Positions 37,568 through 47,480 of a stretch of 64,000 nt of DNA are shown piece after piece. A program made the translations under genes and the position numbers. The notes under the pieces were generated by a model that had not been told where the DNA came from, made no database searches, and was given only the letters and a program-made list of their open reading frames with translations. Source of the DNA: Pseudomonas sp. UBA2684 (lineage in GTDB: Bacteria; Pseudomonadota; Gammaproteobacteria; Pseudomonadales; Pseudomonadaceae); contig NZ_DELY01000050.1 in assembly GCF_002354655.1 (NCBI RefSeq), forward strand, positions 15,885-79,884, written 5' to 3'. How positions within the stretch are numbered: position 1 is the first letter of the stretch; every line of letters begins with the position of its first letter.

Positions 37568-37894
37568 AGCGATAACCGGTAACTTAATGCCTAAAACCTT
37601 AGCCAAGTCACAGCAAAAAGGCAATTAACTGCCGAAAAACCCTCTATAACAATCAAAAATAGGCACTTTAATACCTGCAAAAACTCTATACTCAGTAGCT
37701 AGACGCCCCCGCACAGCGCGGGGTCAACTCAGTAATGAGGATTTGAACCAGCAATTTGGATTCGCTACGTGCCTCTTAACGAAGGGCTCAAGGTTTCTAT
37801 ACTCGGGGCCGTGACTGTATGAATTCCAACAAATCATTGGCGAAAGGCAACTGGCCTAGAACCGTTGATTTGAGCAGGGGTAAGACGTTTAGGA

Positions 37895-37969
37895 TTCAAA
37901 TCCCCCCGGCTCCACCAAATACACATCTAAGGGCGTCCACGGACGTCCTTTTTTGTGCCTGAAATCCAG
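37895..37969 (+). repeat. attR: displaced ssrA 3' end plus terminator (47-bp repeat copy 2)
   Basis: 27/27 identity to 28899-28925, followed by hairpin AGGGCGTCC-AC-GGACGTCCT and a T-tract. Confidence 0.92.
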
Positions 37970-38273
37970 TAACTCAGCGCCATCAGTGTCCAGAATTCGT
38001 TGACCACAACAAGCAGCACCGTGGGGGTTCAACTCCCTTCTTAAAGGCGTCGCCGCCCTTGCCGAAGAGCGTCAAGGGAAAGTTACTCTGCGCATGCACC
38101 AGGCCGATATCAAACAGCTCGGGCCTGCGACTGAATCGCCCCTTGGCAGTCATTTGGCTGCTAATTTCACACCTACCGATGATGGCCGTTGGCGAGGTCA
38201 CGCCGACGCGTCACGGACGCCCGACGGGGTGGGTTGTAAACCTTGCGCCGCGCGATTTCAGAGGAGACGCAGC

Positions 38274-38666
38274 ATGGACCGATTCACGGGCGGTTGCCTT
38301 TGCGGCAACGTCCGCATTGAGGCGGCGGGACGACCATACCGGGTTGGTCTTTGTCATTGCCTCGACTGCCGCAAGCATCACGGGGCGCTCTTTCACGCTG
38401 CCGCAATTTTCCCTCAGGATGCAGTGATGATCGTTGGCGAAACCCGCGACTACGCCGGGCGGTTTTTCTGTCCGCGCTGCGGCTCGTCCGTTTTCGCCCG
38501 TACCGCAGACGAGATCGAAGTGAATCTGGGCTCCCTGGATGCCCCTGACCAACTGATACCCACCTACGAACTCTGGACCGTGCGGCGCGAATCCTGGTTG
38601 CCGCCGTTTCCGCTCACGAGACGATACGCGCGCGATCGTGACGCCACGGGGCGCGTTGAGGAGTAG
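38274..38666 (+). CDS. GFA-family (glutathione-dependent formaldehyde-activating/CENP-V) protein
   Basis: GGCLCG, CHCLDCRK, FCPRCGS; GAGGAG RBS before ATG 38274. Confidence 0.9.
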   Translation: MDRFTGGCLCGNVRIEAAGRPYRVGLCHCLDCRKHHGALFHAAAIFPQDAVMIVGETRDYAGRFFCPRCGSSVFARTADEIEVNLGSLDAPDQLIPTYELWTVRRESWLPPFPLTRRYARDRDATGRVEE

Positions 38667-38742
38667 CCAGTCTGCCGTATCTGCACGGTGTAGGGATGGG
38701 CAGAGCCCCCTTGCGATGGCTCTGCCCACACCGTTACCGAGC

Positions 38743-39993
38743 CTAGAGAATCGACAGTGGGTAGTTGATGATCAGGCGGTTCTCGTGCAAGTCGACGCCC
38801 ACGTCGCGGCGCACGTCGGAGTTGCGCCAGCGCACGCTGAGGTTTTTCAGGGTGCCGTCCTGGATGGTGTAGGCCACTTCGGATTCACGGCCCCACTCCT
38901 CGGCGTCCTTGCGTCCGCCGGCATGGATGCTGTCGCCGCTGACGTAGCGGTTCATCAGGGTCAGGCCCGGGATGCCGACACCGGCGAAGTTGTAGTCGTG
39001 ACGCAACTGCCAGGAGCGCTCGTTGGGGTTGTCGTAGCTGTTGGTGAACCCGTCGTTGACCAACGTGCCGCCACTGGTGCCGTCGATGCGCATGAATTTG
39101 GTGTCGCCGTTGAGCTTCTGGTAGGCCACGGAGACGGTGTTGCTGCCGTGCTTGGCGGAGAACATGCCCTGGTACACCTGGTTGTCCAGGTCGCCGGCCT
39201 TGCTCGCCCCGTCGTCCTGGCCATCGACATAGCCCAGGTTGGCGCTCAGCACCCAATCGCCGACGGGCTGGCTGTGAGTCAGTTGCAGGTAGTTCTGCTG
39301 GTAGACATCGCTCAGTTCCGCGCGCCACAGGCCGACCAGGGTGCGGTTGTCGTTGAAGCGGAATTCACCGCCGGCGAAGTTGAAGTGATCGCCCTCGACC
39401 CCGCCGAACGACATATCCGGCATGCTCGCGTCGTTACGCTGGCTATTGCCGCGGAACTGGCCGCCGTAGAGGCTCAGACCGTCGATCTCGTTGACCGTGA
39501 CCTGTGCGCCGCGGAAGGTTTGCGGCAGCGAGCGGCCATCGTCGCCACGCAGAATCGGCAGCACCGCCATCCACTCACCGACCTTCAGCTCGCTCTTGGA
39601 GATCCGCGCCTTGGCGGCGACGGCGGTACGGCCGAAGTCGTCGGCGGCCCGCCCGTCGTCATGGATCGGCAGCAACTGGCTGCCCACAGTGCCCTTGCCG
39701 CCATCGAGCTTGAGCGAGTACAGGCCAAGAACATCGAGGCCGAAACCGACAGTCCCCTGGGTGAAGCCGGAACGGGCATCGAGGATGAAGCTCTGGGTCC
39801 ATTCAGCCGCTTGCCCCTGACCATTATTAGTCTGGTTGAGGAAGTTGCGGTTGAAGTAGTAGTTGCGCAGGTTCAGCGTGGCCGTGGCGTCTTCGACGAA
39901 ACCGGCAGCCTGGCTGGCCATGGGAAACGCAGCCAGCGCGGCGGCCAGGCTGCAGGGCAGGAAACACAGGTGTTGGCGGATGCTTTTTGTCAT
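38743..39993 (-). CDS. OprD-family porin
   Basis: LRNYYFNRNF, FILDARSGFTQGTVGFG, C-terminal RLIINYPLSIL. Confidence 0.93.
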   Translation of the reverse strand: MTKSIRQHLCFLPCSLAAALAAFPMASQAAGFVEDATATLNLRNYYFNRNFLNQTNNGQGQAAEWTQSFILDARSGFTQGTVGFGLDVLGLYSLKLDGGKGTVGSQLLPIHDDGRAADDFGRTAVAAKARISKSELKVGEWMAVLPILRGDDGRSLPQTFRGAQVTVNEIDGLSLYGGQFRGNSQRNDASMPDMSFGGVEGDHFNFAGGEFRFNDNRTLVGLWRAELSDVYQQNYLQLTHSQPVGDWVLSANLGYVDGQDDGASKAGDLDNQVYQGMFSAKHGSNTVSVAYQKLNGDTKFMRIDGTSGGTLVNDGFTNSYDNPNERSWQLRHDYNFAGVGIPGLTLMNRYVSGDSIHAGGRKDAEEWGRESEVAYTIQDGTLKNLSVRWRNSDVRRDVGVDLHENRLIINYPLSIL

Positions 39994-40143
39994 GTCTTTA
40001 TTCTTATCTTCGACAGGTTGGAGAAAGCGGCAGCGCAGTGCCTGAGCTGCCATCAATACCTGTGCCGAGGCCTCGGCCGGGCGCAGGCGATACACCGCCG
40101 CGCACGAGTGTGCGCAGCGCTGATGGGGTACCGGGCGGGGGGG

Positions 40144-41727
40144 TTAGTTGAGCGGGTCGCGGCTGTAGGCGCCGTCGACCAATCGCTGGATGCCCAGCGG
40201 GTTGGCGTCTTGCAGGGCTTCGGGCAGCACCTCGTCCGGGTAGTTCTGGTAGCACACCGGGCGCAGGAAGCGGTGGATCGCCAGGGTGCCGACCGAGGTG
40301 CCACGGGCATCCGAGGTCGCCGGGTATGGCCCGCCATGGACCATCGAGTCGCAGACCTCGACACCCGTTGGGTAACCGTTGAGCAGCACCCGGCCGGCTT
40401 TTTCTTCGAGCAGGCTGAGCAGGTCACGGTAGGCCAGCAGGTCATCGCGCTCGGCGATCAGGGTGGCGGTCAATTGCCCGTGCATGCTTTGCAACGCGCG
40501 GGTCAGTTCAGCCTTGTCGGCGACTTCGACGACGATGGTGGTAGGCCCGAATACTTCTTCCTGCAACAGGTGATCGCCGTCCAGCAGCATGCGCACGTCA
40601 GCCTTGAACAATTGCGGCACACCCTGTTTGCCGGTTTGCTCGGCACCGGCCAGATGACTGACCAAGGCATGTTCGTGCAGCTGCGCAACGCCAGCGGTAT
40701 AGCTTTTCAGGGTGCCGGCGTTGAGCATGGTCTGGGCCGGGTGTGTCGCGATGGCATCGCCCAGTTGCTCGATGAACGCGCTGAATGCAGCGGAACGGAT
40801 GCCCAGCACCAGGCCAGGATTGGTGCAGAACTGGCCGCACCCGAGCACCACCGACGCAGCCAGTTCCTTGGCCACGCTCGCCCCGCGCGCCTGCAATGCC
40901 CCAGGTAGCAGCACCAGCGGGTTGACGCTGGACATCTCGGCGAACACCGGGATCGGTTGCGGGCGTGCAGCCGCCAGATCGCACAGGGCGCGACCGCCCT
41001 TGAGCGAGCCGGTAAAGCCCACGGACTGGATAGCCGGATGCTTGACCAGCGCCTCGCCAACACCAGAACCGAAGATCATGTTGAACACGCCCGGCGGCAT
41101 GTCGGTTTTGTTCGCCGCGCGGATGATCGCATCGGCGACGCACTCCGCCGTGGCCATGTGCCCGCTGTGCGCCTTGAACACCACCGGACAACCGGCCGCC
41201 AGCGCGGAAGCGGTATCGCCGCCAGCGGTGGAAAACGCCAGCGGGAAGTTACTGGCACCGAATACGGCCACCGGGCCGACGCCGATCTGGTACTGGCGCA
41301 GATCCGGACGCGGCAGCGGCTGGCGCTCCGGCAACACACGGTCGATCCGTGCAGCGTAGAAATCGCCACGGCGCAGCACCTTGGCGAACAGGCGCATCTG
41401 GCCGCTGGTACGGCCACGTTCGCCCTGGATACGGGCAGCCGGCAATGCGGTTTCACGGGTGACCAGGGCCACGAAGTCATCGCCCAGGGCGTCGATTTCG
41501 TCGGCAATCGCGTCGAGGAATTCGGCGCGGCGTACGGCCGCCAGGTTGCGATAGCGCGGGTATGCGGCGGCCGCAGCGTTCGCGGCGGCATCGACTTCCT
41601 CAGGCGTGGCCTGAGTGAAGAGATAGGGCAGTGCTTCGCCGCTAGTGGCGTCGAGGCTCTTGTGCTGGATGCTGCCCGCGGCACGGCGCTCGCCGCCGAT
41701 GTAGTTGTGGCCAATCAGATTCAGCAT
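40144..41727 (-). CDS. Alpha-ketoglutaric semialdehyde dehydrogenase (NADP-type ALDH)
   Basis: FGASNFPLAFS, GFTGS, EMSSVNP, GQFCTNPG, HGGPYPAT. Confidence 0.85.
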   Translation of the reverse strand: MLNLIGHNYIGGERRAAGSIQHKSLDATSGEALPYLFTQATPEEVDAAANAAAAAYPRYRNLAAVRRAEFLDAIADEIDALGDDFVALVTRETALPAARIQGERGRTSGQMRLFAKVLRRGDFYAARIDRVLPERQPLPRPDLRQYQIGVGPVAVFGASNFPLAFSTAGGDTASALAAGCPVVFKAHSGHMATAECVADAIIRAANKTDMPPGVFNMIFGSGVGEALVKHPAIQSVGFTGSLKGGRALCDLAAARPQPIPVFAEMSSVNPLVLLPGALQARGASVAKELAASVVLGCGQFCTNPGLVLGIRSAAFSAFIEQLGDAIATHPAQTMLNAGTLKSYTAGVAQLHEHALVSHLAGAEQTGKQGVPQLFKADVRMLLDGDHLLQEEVFGPTTIVVEVADKAELTRALQSMHGQLTATLIAERDDLLAYRDLLSLLEEKAGRVLLNGYPTGVEVCDSMVHGGPYPATSDARGTSVGTLAIHRFLRPVCYQNYPDEVLPEALQDANPLGIQRLVDGAYSRDPLN

Positions 41728-41890
41728 GGCATTCTCCTGCCTGGGGTTGCGGCGGCATCATCGCCACCGACAACGGTTGAATAGGGATACCCCGGCCTTG
41801 TGGGCCAGGGGTGGTCGCCGGCTCAGCGACGACCGAGCAAGAATGAGAGAACACACCCGGCCCCTTGTGAGGGCGCGGGCCAAGCCCGCC

Positions 41891-42892
41891 TCAGAGAGGG
41901 CGTACGCCACCTACGGCAATACCGGGCTGATGCACGCGGATGCCGTTGCGCAGCGGCTCGCCCAGGGCTTCCAGGCTGACTTCGAAGGTGTCGCCGGGTT
42001 GCGCCTTGACGCCATCGGCGAACGACAAGGTGGCCGTGCCGAAGAAGTGCACATGCACATCGCCCGGACGCAGGAACTGGCGATACTTGAAGTGGTGGTA
42101 CTCGAGGTTCTCCAAGGTGTGGCACATGTTGTCCTCACCGGAGAGAAACTCCTTCTCCCACAGCACCTGGTCGCCACGGCGAATACGGCTGATACCGGAC
42201 AAATCACGCGGCAGCTCGCCGATCAGCATTTCCGGGCCGAAGGAGCAGAAACGCAGCTTGGAATGCGCCAGGTACAGGTAGTTCTTGCGCTCGGTGACGT
42301 GGTCGGAAAATTCGTTGCCCAGGGCGAAACCGACGCGGTGCGGCTGACCGTCATCGGCAATCACATACAGGCCCGTGAGTTCCGGTTCCTCGCCGAAATC
42401 CTCGGCGAAATCCGGCACCGGGAAATCGTCGCCCGGACGCACCACGATGCTGCCGTCACCCTTGTAGAACCACTCGGGCTGGGCACCCTCGGTGCCCGCA
42501 GCCGGACGCCCACCGGCCATGCCCCACTGGAACATCTGCATGGTGTCGGTGAGTTTGCCTTCGGCCTGCTGCGTCTCGACTTGCTGGTGCATTTTGTCGC
42601 GGGTTGCGGCGCTACCCAGGTGGGTCAGGCCGGTGCCGCTGACCAGGCAATGGGCCGGGTCGGTGTGGTCCAGCGGCGCCAGCACGCGGCGCTGTTCGAG
42701 CAGCTCGGCGTAGAGTGGGCCGCTCTCGACGCCCAGCGCTTCGATCTCGGCGATCAGGCCACGGCCGTTACGAATGGCCTGCAGGGCCAGTTCACGGGTG
42801 CTGTTGACCGCCTTGATAACGCTGATGTGCTCGCCGCTGACCACCCCGACCCGACGTTGGCCTTGCTCACTTTCGAATTGAATCAGCCGCAT
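41891..42892 (-). CDS. AraD1/GguC-family FAH-fold protein
   Basis: GTGLTHLGSA, QPEWFYKGDG, GNEFSDHVTE, YLYLAHSKLR. Confidence 0.82.
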   Translation of the reverse strand: MRLIQFESEQGQRRVGVVSGEHISVIKAVNSTRELALQAIRNGRGLIAEIEALGVESGPLYAELLEQRRVLAPLDHTDPAHCLVSGTGLTHLGSAATRDKMHQQVETQQAEGKLTDTMQMFQWGMAGGRPAAGTEGAQPEWFYKGDGSIVVRPGDDFPVPDFAEDFGEEPELTGLYVIADDGQPHRVGFALGNEFSDHVTERKNYLYLAHSKLRFCSFGPEMLIGELPRDLSGISRIRRGDQVLWEKEFLSGEDNMCHTLENLEYHHFKYRQFLRPGDVHVHFFGTATLSFADGVKAQPGDTFEVSLEALGEPLRNGIRVHQPGIAVGGVRPL

Positions 42893-43002
42893 TGCGGAGC
42901 TCCTTGTTATTGTTGACCGCGTTGGCGGCTCTCACTGGCTGGGCACTTTAAAAACTGCCAGGGGTGCTGCCTAATGAAAGCTTCTGATTAGGTGATAACT
43001 TT

Positions 43003-43962
43003 TTGTCATCCCCCATGATCCCGTCACTGACCTACATCGCCTCGCGCCTGCGCATTCGCCAGTTGCAGCTGCTGATCGCCCTCGACGAGCACGGCACGCT
43101 GCACCGCGCGGCCGAACGCGTGTCGATCAGCCAACCCGGCGCCACCAAGGCCTTGCACGAAATCGAAGCGACTTTCGGCATGCCGTTGTTCAGCCGCACT
43201 AGCCAGGGGCTACAGGCCAACGACCTGGGCCGCTGCGTGATCCGCTATGCGCGCCTGATCCACAGCGACCTGGCGCACCTGCGCGAAGAGATGCTCGGCA
43301 TTCTGCAAGGCCATGGCGGACACCTGGCGGTGGGCACCATCGCCGGCGCCGTGCCGCTGGTGCTGCGCGCACTCACCGACCTGCGGCAAATCCAGGCGGA
43401 TATCTCGGTACAGATCGTTGAAGACATCAGCCCGCGCCTGCTCAAGCTGCTGGACGAAGGCCGCCTCGACCTGGCCATCGCCCGCACCAGTGGCAGCCAG
43501 CATCCGGATGTCTATGCCTGCCTGAGCCTGCATCCGGAGCGCCTGGCGTTGGTGGCCAGCCCGCAGCATCCACAGCAGCAGAACCTGGCGCTAAACCTGA
43601 CGGACCTCAGCCAATACAGCTGGGTGGTGTACCCCACCGGCACGCCGATGCGCGCGGTACTGGAGCGCGAGTTCAGCGAGGCGGGATTGGAGTTTCCACG
43701 CTACCCGCTGGAAACCTCCTCGACCTTCACCATGCTCAGCCTGTTGCAGGAAGACCCCAACCTGGTGGCGGTGATGCCCAACTCGATCGCCAGCTCCAGC
43801 GAAGGTTTCGGCCTGCTGCGCCGCTTGCCGCTGGAGTTGCTGTCACGCAACGAGCCCTACGCAATCGTCCATCGCCGCAATGCCAGCCTTTCACCGCTGG
43901 CGCAACTGCTGCTGGAGCACCTGCGCAGCCAGCAGGAGCAAGAGGCGCGGCTAAGCGACTAG
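43003..43962 (+). CDS. LysR-family regulator
   Basis: LRIRQLQLL...AAERVSISQPGATK HTH. Confidence 0.92.
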   Translation: MSSPMIPSLTYIASRLRIRQLQLLIALDEHGTLHRAAERVSISQPGATKALHEIEATFGMPLFSRTSQGLQANDLGRCVIRYARLIHSDLAHLREEMLGILQGHGGHLAVGTIAGAVPLVLRALTDLRQIQADISVQIVEDISPRLLKLLDEGRLDLAIARTSGSQHPDVYACLSLHPERLALVASPQHPQQQNLALNLTDLSQYSWVVYPTGTPMRAVLEREFSEAGLEFPRYPLETSSTFTMLSLLQEDPNLVAVMPNSIASSSEGFGLLRRLPLELLSRNEPYAIVHRRNASLSPLAQLLLEHLRSQQEQEARLSD

Positions 43963-43973
43963 AGCCGGCGCGC

Positions 43974-45155
43974 TTACGCCAAGCGGCGCGCCGCCAGGTT
44001 CTCGATAAACGCCAGCAGGCCGAACTGCCAGGGCGCCAGCGCGTCGCTGTGCTGCACGCGGTTGTGCAGGCTGCCGAGTTGGCGGCTGTGAATGCTGACG
44101 TGGTCGCCGAGCTTGTGGGTAAAGCCGTTACCCGGCTGGTCGCGGTCTTCGGTGGGGGCGAACAGCGTCCCCAGGTAGAGCAGGAAGCCATCGGGGTACT
44201 GGTGGTTGGCGTTCAGCGTCTGGCCGACCAGGTCCAGCGGATCGCGGCTGATCTGGTTCATGCTGCTGCGCCCCGTGAGCACAAAACCGTCCTCCCCCTC
44301 GACCCGCAGATCCACCTCGCAGTGGCGTACATCGTCGATGCCGAAGCTGTCGTCGAACAGCCGGATGAACGGCCCGATGGCGCACGAGCCGTTGTTGTCC
44401 TTGGCCTTGCTCAGCAGCAGCGCGCTGCGGCCCTCGAAGTCGCGCAGATTGACATCGTTACCCAGCGTGGCGCCCAGCACCCGGCCGCGGCTGTTGACCA
44501 CCAGAACCACCTCCGGCTCCGGGTTGTTCCAGGCCGACTTGGGGTGAATACCGATGTCCATGCCGCTGCCCATGGCCGCCAGCACAGGCGCCTTGGTGAA
44601 CACCTCGGCATCCGGGCCGATGCCCACTTCAAGGTATTGCGACCACAGCCCTTTCTCCTGCAACAGGGCTTTCAGGCGCGCCGCGTTTTCCGAACCGGGA
44701 ACGATACTGCGCAGGTTGTCGCCGATCAGCTCACGCACCTGGCCACGGATGTCCTCGGCGCGCTGCGGATCACCGCCGGCACGCTCCTCGATCACCCGCT
44801 CGACCATGCTCGATGCGAAGGTCACGCCCGCCGCCTTGATCACTTGCAGGTCAGCGGGTGCCAACAGGCTCGGGCGGGTGGCATCGCGCTGACTGCCGCT
44901 GTTGGCGAGCAGCTCGGCCACGCTACAGACCCACTGCACACGGCTATCGTGCAAGCGCGTGGGAAGATCATCCAGTTCGCACAGGCCGGCCAACGTGGGC
45001 GCCACGGCGCTGAGGTCGAAAACCCCGTCCTTATGCAGCAGCACCGGCACAGGCCCTGAGACTGCGCCAGGCAGCCAGATGCGACCGATCAGGGTGCCGG
45101 TCAGGCCATCTTCCGGCAGCGTATTGTCAGGGGTCAAAATTACGGGACGGGCCAT
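43974..45155 (-). CDS. FAH-family protein, XylX-like 2-keto-3-deoxy-pentonate dehydratase candidate
   Basis: KAAGVTFASS, WNNPEPE, GNDVNLRDFEGRSALLL. Confidence 0.8.
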   Translation of the reverse strand: MARPVILTPDNTLPEDGLTGTLIGRIWLPGAVSGPVPVLLHKDGVFDLSAVAPTLAGLCELDDLPTRLHDSRVQWVCSVAELLANSGSQRDATRPSLLAPADLQVIKAAGVTFASSMVERVIEERAGGDPQRAEDIRGQVRELIGDNLRSIVPGSENAARLKALLQEKGLWSQYLEVGIGPDAEVFTKAPVLAAMGSGMDIGIHPKSAWNNPEPEVVLVVNSRGRVLGATLGNDVNLRDFEGRSALLLSKAKDNNGSCAIGPFIRLFDDSFGIDDVRHCEVDLRVEGEDGFVLTGRSSMNQISRDPLDLVGQTLNANHQYPDGFLLYLGTLFAPTEDRDQPGNGFTHKLGDHVSIHSRQLGSLHNRVQHSDALAPWQFGLLAFIENLAARRLA

Positions 45156-45320
45156 AGCAACGCTCTTTTATTGTCGTGGGGAGGCAGCCGAGCGACACAG
45201 ATCAATGGAGGCTACGGCCGATGCTGTGCGACCATAGCCAAGCACTTGCGCCGCCGACCAATGACGAATCGTCAAGGCCTGATGCACGTTGGTTATCGCC
45301 ACGAACTCCCTGGTAGGTCC

Positions 45321-46265
45321 ATGACAGTTAATCTGAGCAAGCTCCCCGCCCTGCACAACTGGCTGCGCTTGCGCCATCTACAGCTGATCGAAACCCTGGC
45401 CGACACCGCCAACATGCACGCCACCGCGCAGCAGATGGGGCTCAGCCAACCAGCCGTGAGCAAGATGCTGCGCGAGATCGAACAGTTGCTCGACTTCCCG
45501 CTGTTCGAGCGCCAGCCCCGCGAATTGGTCGCCACCGAGCTCGGCCAAGTGGTGATCGCCTTCGCCCGGCGCACACTGAATGATTGCCGGCATTTCTCCC
45601 AGGAATTGCAAACGCTTCGCCAAGGCGGGTACGGCCATCTGCGTATCGGCGCCATCTTTGCCGCAACCGCGCAGGTGGTGCCCGCCACCCTGTTGCAGCT
45701 GAAACAGCAACGCCCGCTGCTGACCCTCGAACTGCTCGAACACACCAGCGACCACCTGCTGCAGATGCTCCTGCACAAGCAGCTGGATCTGGTCATCGGG
45801 CGCTTTATAGAGCCGCATCAGCCGGAGAATTTCAGCTACGAGGAGTTGGCCAGCGAGCCCTTCCTGCTATGCGCCGACGCGGGCCATCCCCTGGCCCTGG
45901 AGGCCACGCCCAGCGCCAGCGACCTGGAGCAATGGCCCTGGGTGGTCTATCCGTCCCACACGCCGTTGCGGCGGATGATCGAACAGGCCTTTACCGATGC
46001 CGGCATTCGCTTCCCTGGCAACCGGGTGGAAACCGCCTCGGTGCAATCGACACTGCACCTGCTGCATCACAACCAATCCCTGGCGCTGCTCCCCGAATCC
46101 ATCGCCCTGCAACAGGTCGCCCTCGGTCAGTTGGTCGTGCTGCAACCACCGCTGCAAACCCCATCGCTCGGCTACGGCCTGATCCGCCGCCGCAACGAGC
46201 CATTGTCGGCGAATGCCGAGCAGTTCTGCGCGGCATTGCAGCAGGTCCTGGGCCGCCGCGAATAA
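45321..46265 (+). CDS. LysR-family regulator
   Basis: LRLRHLQLI...MGLSQPAVSK HTH; likely ATG at 45321. Confidence 0.9.
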   Translation: MTVNLSKLPALHNWLRLRHLQLIETLADTANMHATAQQMGLSQPAVSKMLREIEQLLDFPLFERQPRELVATELGQVVIAFARRTLNDCRHFSQELQTLRQGGYGHLRIGAIFAATAQVVPATLLQLKQQRPLLTLELLEHTSDHLLQMLLHKQLDLVIGRFIEPHQPENFSYEELASEPFLLCADAGHPLALEATPSASDLEQWPWVVYPSHTPLRRMIEQAFTDAGIRFPGNRVETASVQSTLHLLHHNQSLALLPESIALQQVALGQLVVLQPPLQTPSLGYGLIRRRNEPLSANAEQFCAALQQVLGRRE

Positions 46266-46422
46266 CTGTTCGTTATGGCTTGATTACAAAGCCTCATTAG
46301 ACAGCCACGCTTGTCAGACAATAGCGTGCAACCCATGCCCGGCTCTCCAGTACGGGCTATCGCGACCGCGCACCACGGTGCGTCGACGCGATCACTGACA
46401 ATAATTTCAACAGGTGACTGTC

Positions 46423-47412
46423 ATGCTTTCGTACCAGGCTGTGCGCGCCTCGCGCCGTACCTTGAAATCCCTTCTGCTCTGCGCACTCTTTGTCTCGCCC
46501 ATGGCCATGGCGGCCTACCCGGAAAAACCCATTCAACTGATCGTGCCCTGGGCCGCGGGTGGCGGTAGCGACGCCGCTGCACGGGGGATTGCCGCAGCAC
46601 TGGAAAGCGAACTCGGCGTCACCATCAACGTGGTCAACCGTGCCGGCGGCAACGGTGTCGTCGGCCATAGCGTGATGGCCGCGGCCAAGCCGGATGGCTA
46701 CACGCTGGGCTTCATCACCGGCGAGTTGAACATGATGCACTGGCAGGGTCTGACCAAGCTGACCTACAAGGATTACACGCCGATCGGCATGACCAACTAT
46801 GACTACCCGGGCGTGCAGGTAGCGGCGGATTCGCCGTACAACAGCGTCAGCGAATTGCTCGACGCCATCCGCAACGAGCCCAAGGGCACCATCATGGCCT
46901 CCGGCACCGGGCTCGGCGGCATCTGGCATGTGGCCTTCTCGGGTCTGCTGCTGGAGCAGGGTATCGCACCGGAGAAGATCACCTTCGTCCCAAGCCAGGG
47001 TGCAGCACCGGCGATGGTCGAACTGGCTGCCGGCAGTATCCAACTGGTGCCGACCTCGGTGCCCGAGGCTCGCTCGATGATCGAAGCCGGCAAGGCCAAG
47101 GGCCTGGCCATTCTCTCGCCGGAGCGCAACCCGGCCTTCCCGACCATTCCGACGCTCAAGGAAAGCATCGGCAGCGACTACTCACTGGGCGAGTGGCGCG
47201 GTGTGGCCGGGCCCAAGGGCCTGCCACCGGAAATCGTCAACACGCTCGAAGCCGCGCTGGAAAAAGCCTACAACTCGGAGCAATACCAGAGTTACATGCG
47301 CAAGCTCGGCTTCGGGGTGGAGTGGCATGACGCCGCGGGTTTCGCTGCCTTCCTCGAAGCGAACAACACTTACATGGGCGATATCATCGAAAAGATCGGC
47401 ATGAAGAAGTAA
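46423..47412 (+). CDS. Tripartite tricarboxylate transporter substrate-binding protein (TctC/Bug)
   Basis: Signal peptide, YPEKPIQLIVPWAAGGGSD, VNRAGGNG. Confidence 0.9.
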   Translation: MLSYQAVRASRRTLKSLLLCALFVSPMAMAAYPEKPIQLIVPWAAGGGSDAAARGIAAALESELGVTINVVNRAGGNGVVGHSVMAAAKPDGYTLGFITGELNMMHWQGLTKLTYKDYTPIGMTNYDYPGVQVAADSPYNSVSELLDAIRNEPKGTIMASGTGLGGIWHVAFSGLLLEQGIAPEKITFVPSQGAAPAMVELAAGSIQLVPTSVPEARSMIEAGKAKGLAILSPERNPAFPTIPTLKESIGSDYSLGEWRGVAGPKGLPPEIVNTLEAALEKAYNSEQYQSYMRKLGFGVEWHDAAGFAAFLEANNTYMGDIIEKIGMKK

Positions 47413-47480
47413 CCCGCCGAACCGTCGCGACGCCCTCAGGGGCGTCGTCTGTCTTTGCCCCGCTGTAAGAGAACACCGCT

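Larger units (their letters stand above)
28899..37969. mobile_element. Composite genomic island integrated at the ssrA 3' end
   Basis: 27-bp exact direct repeat TTCAAATCCCCCCGGCTCCACCAAATA at 28899-28925 and 37895-37921; degenerate copy near 35812-35835; two integrase genes; visibly AT-richer cargo. Confidence 0.92.

Noticed and set aside
38638-40908. 756-aa plus-strand ORF
   Set aside because: Antisense to oprD and the ALDH gene; no motifs of its own.
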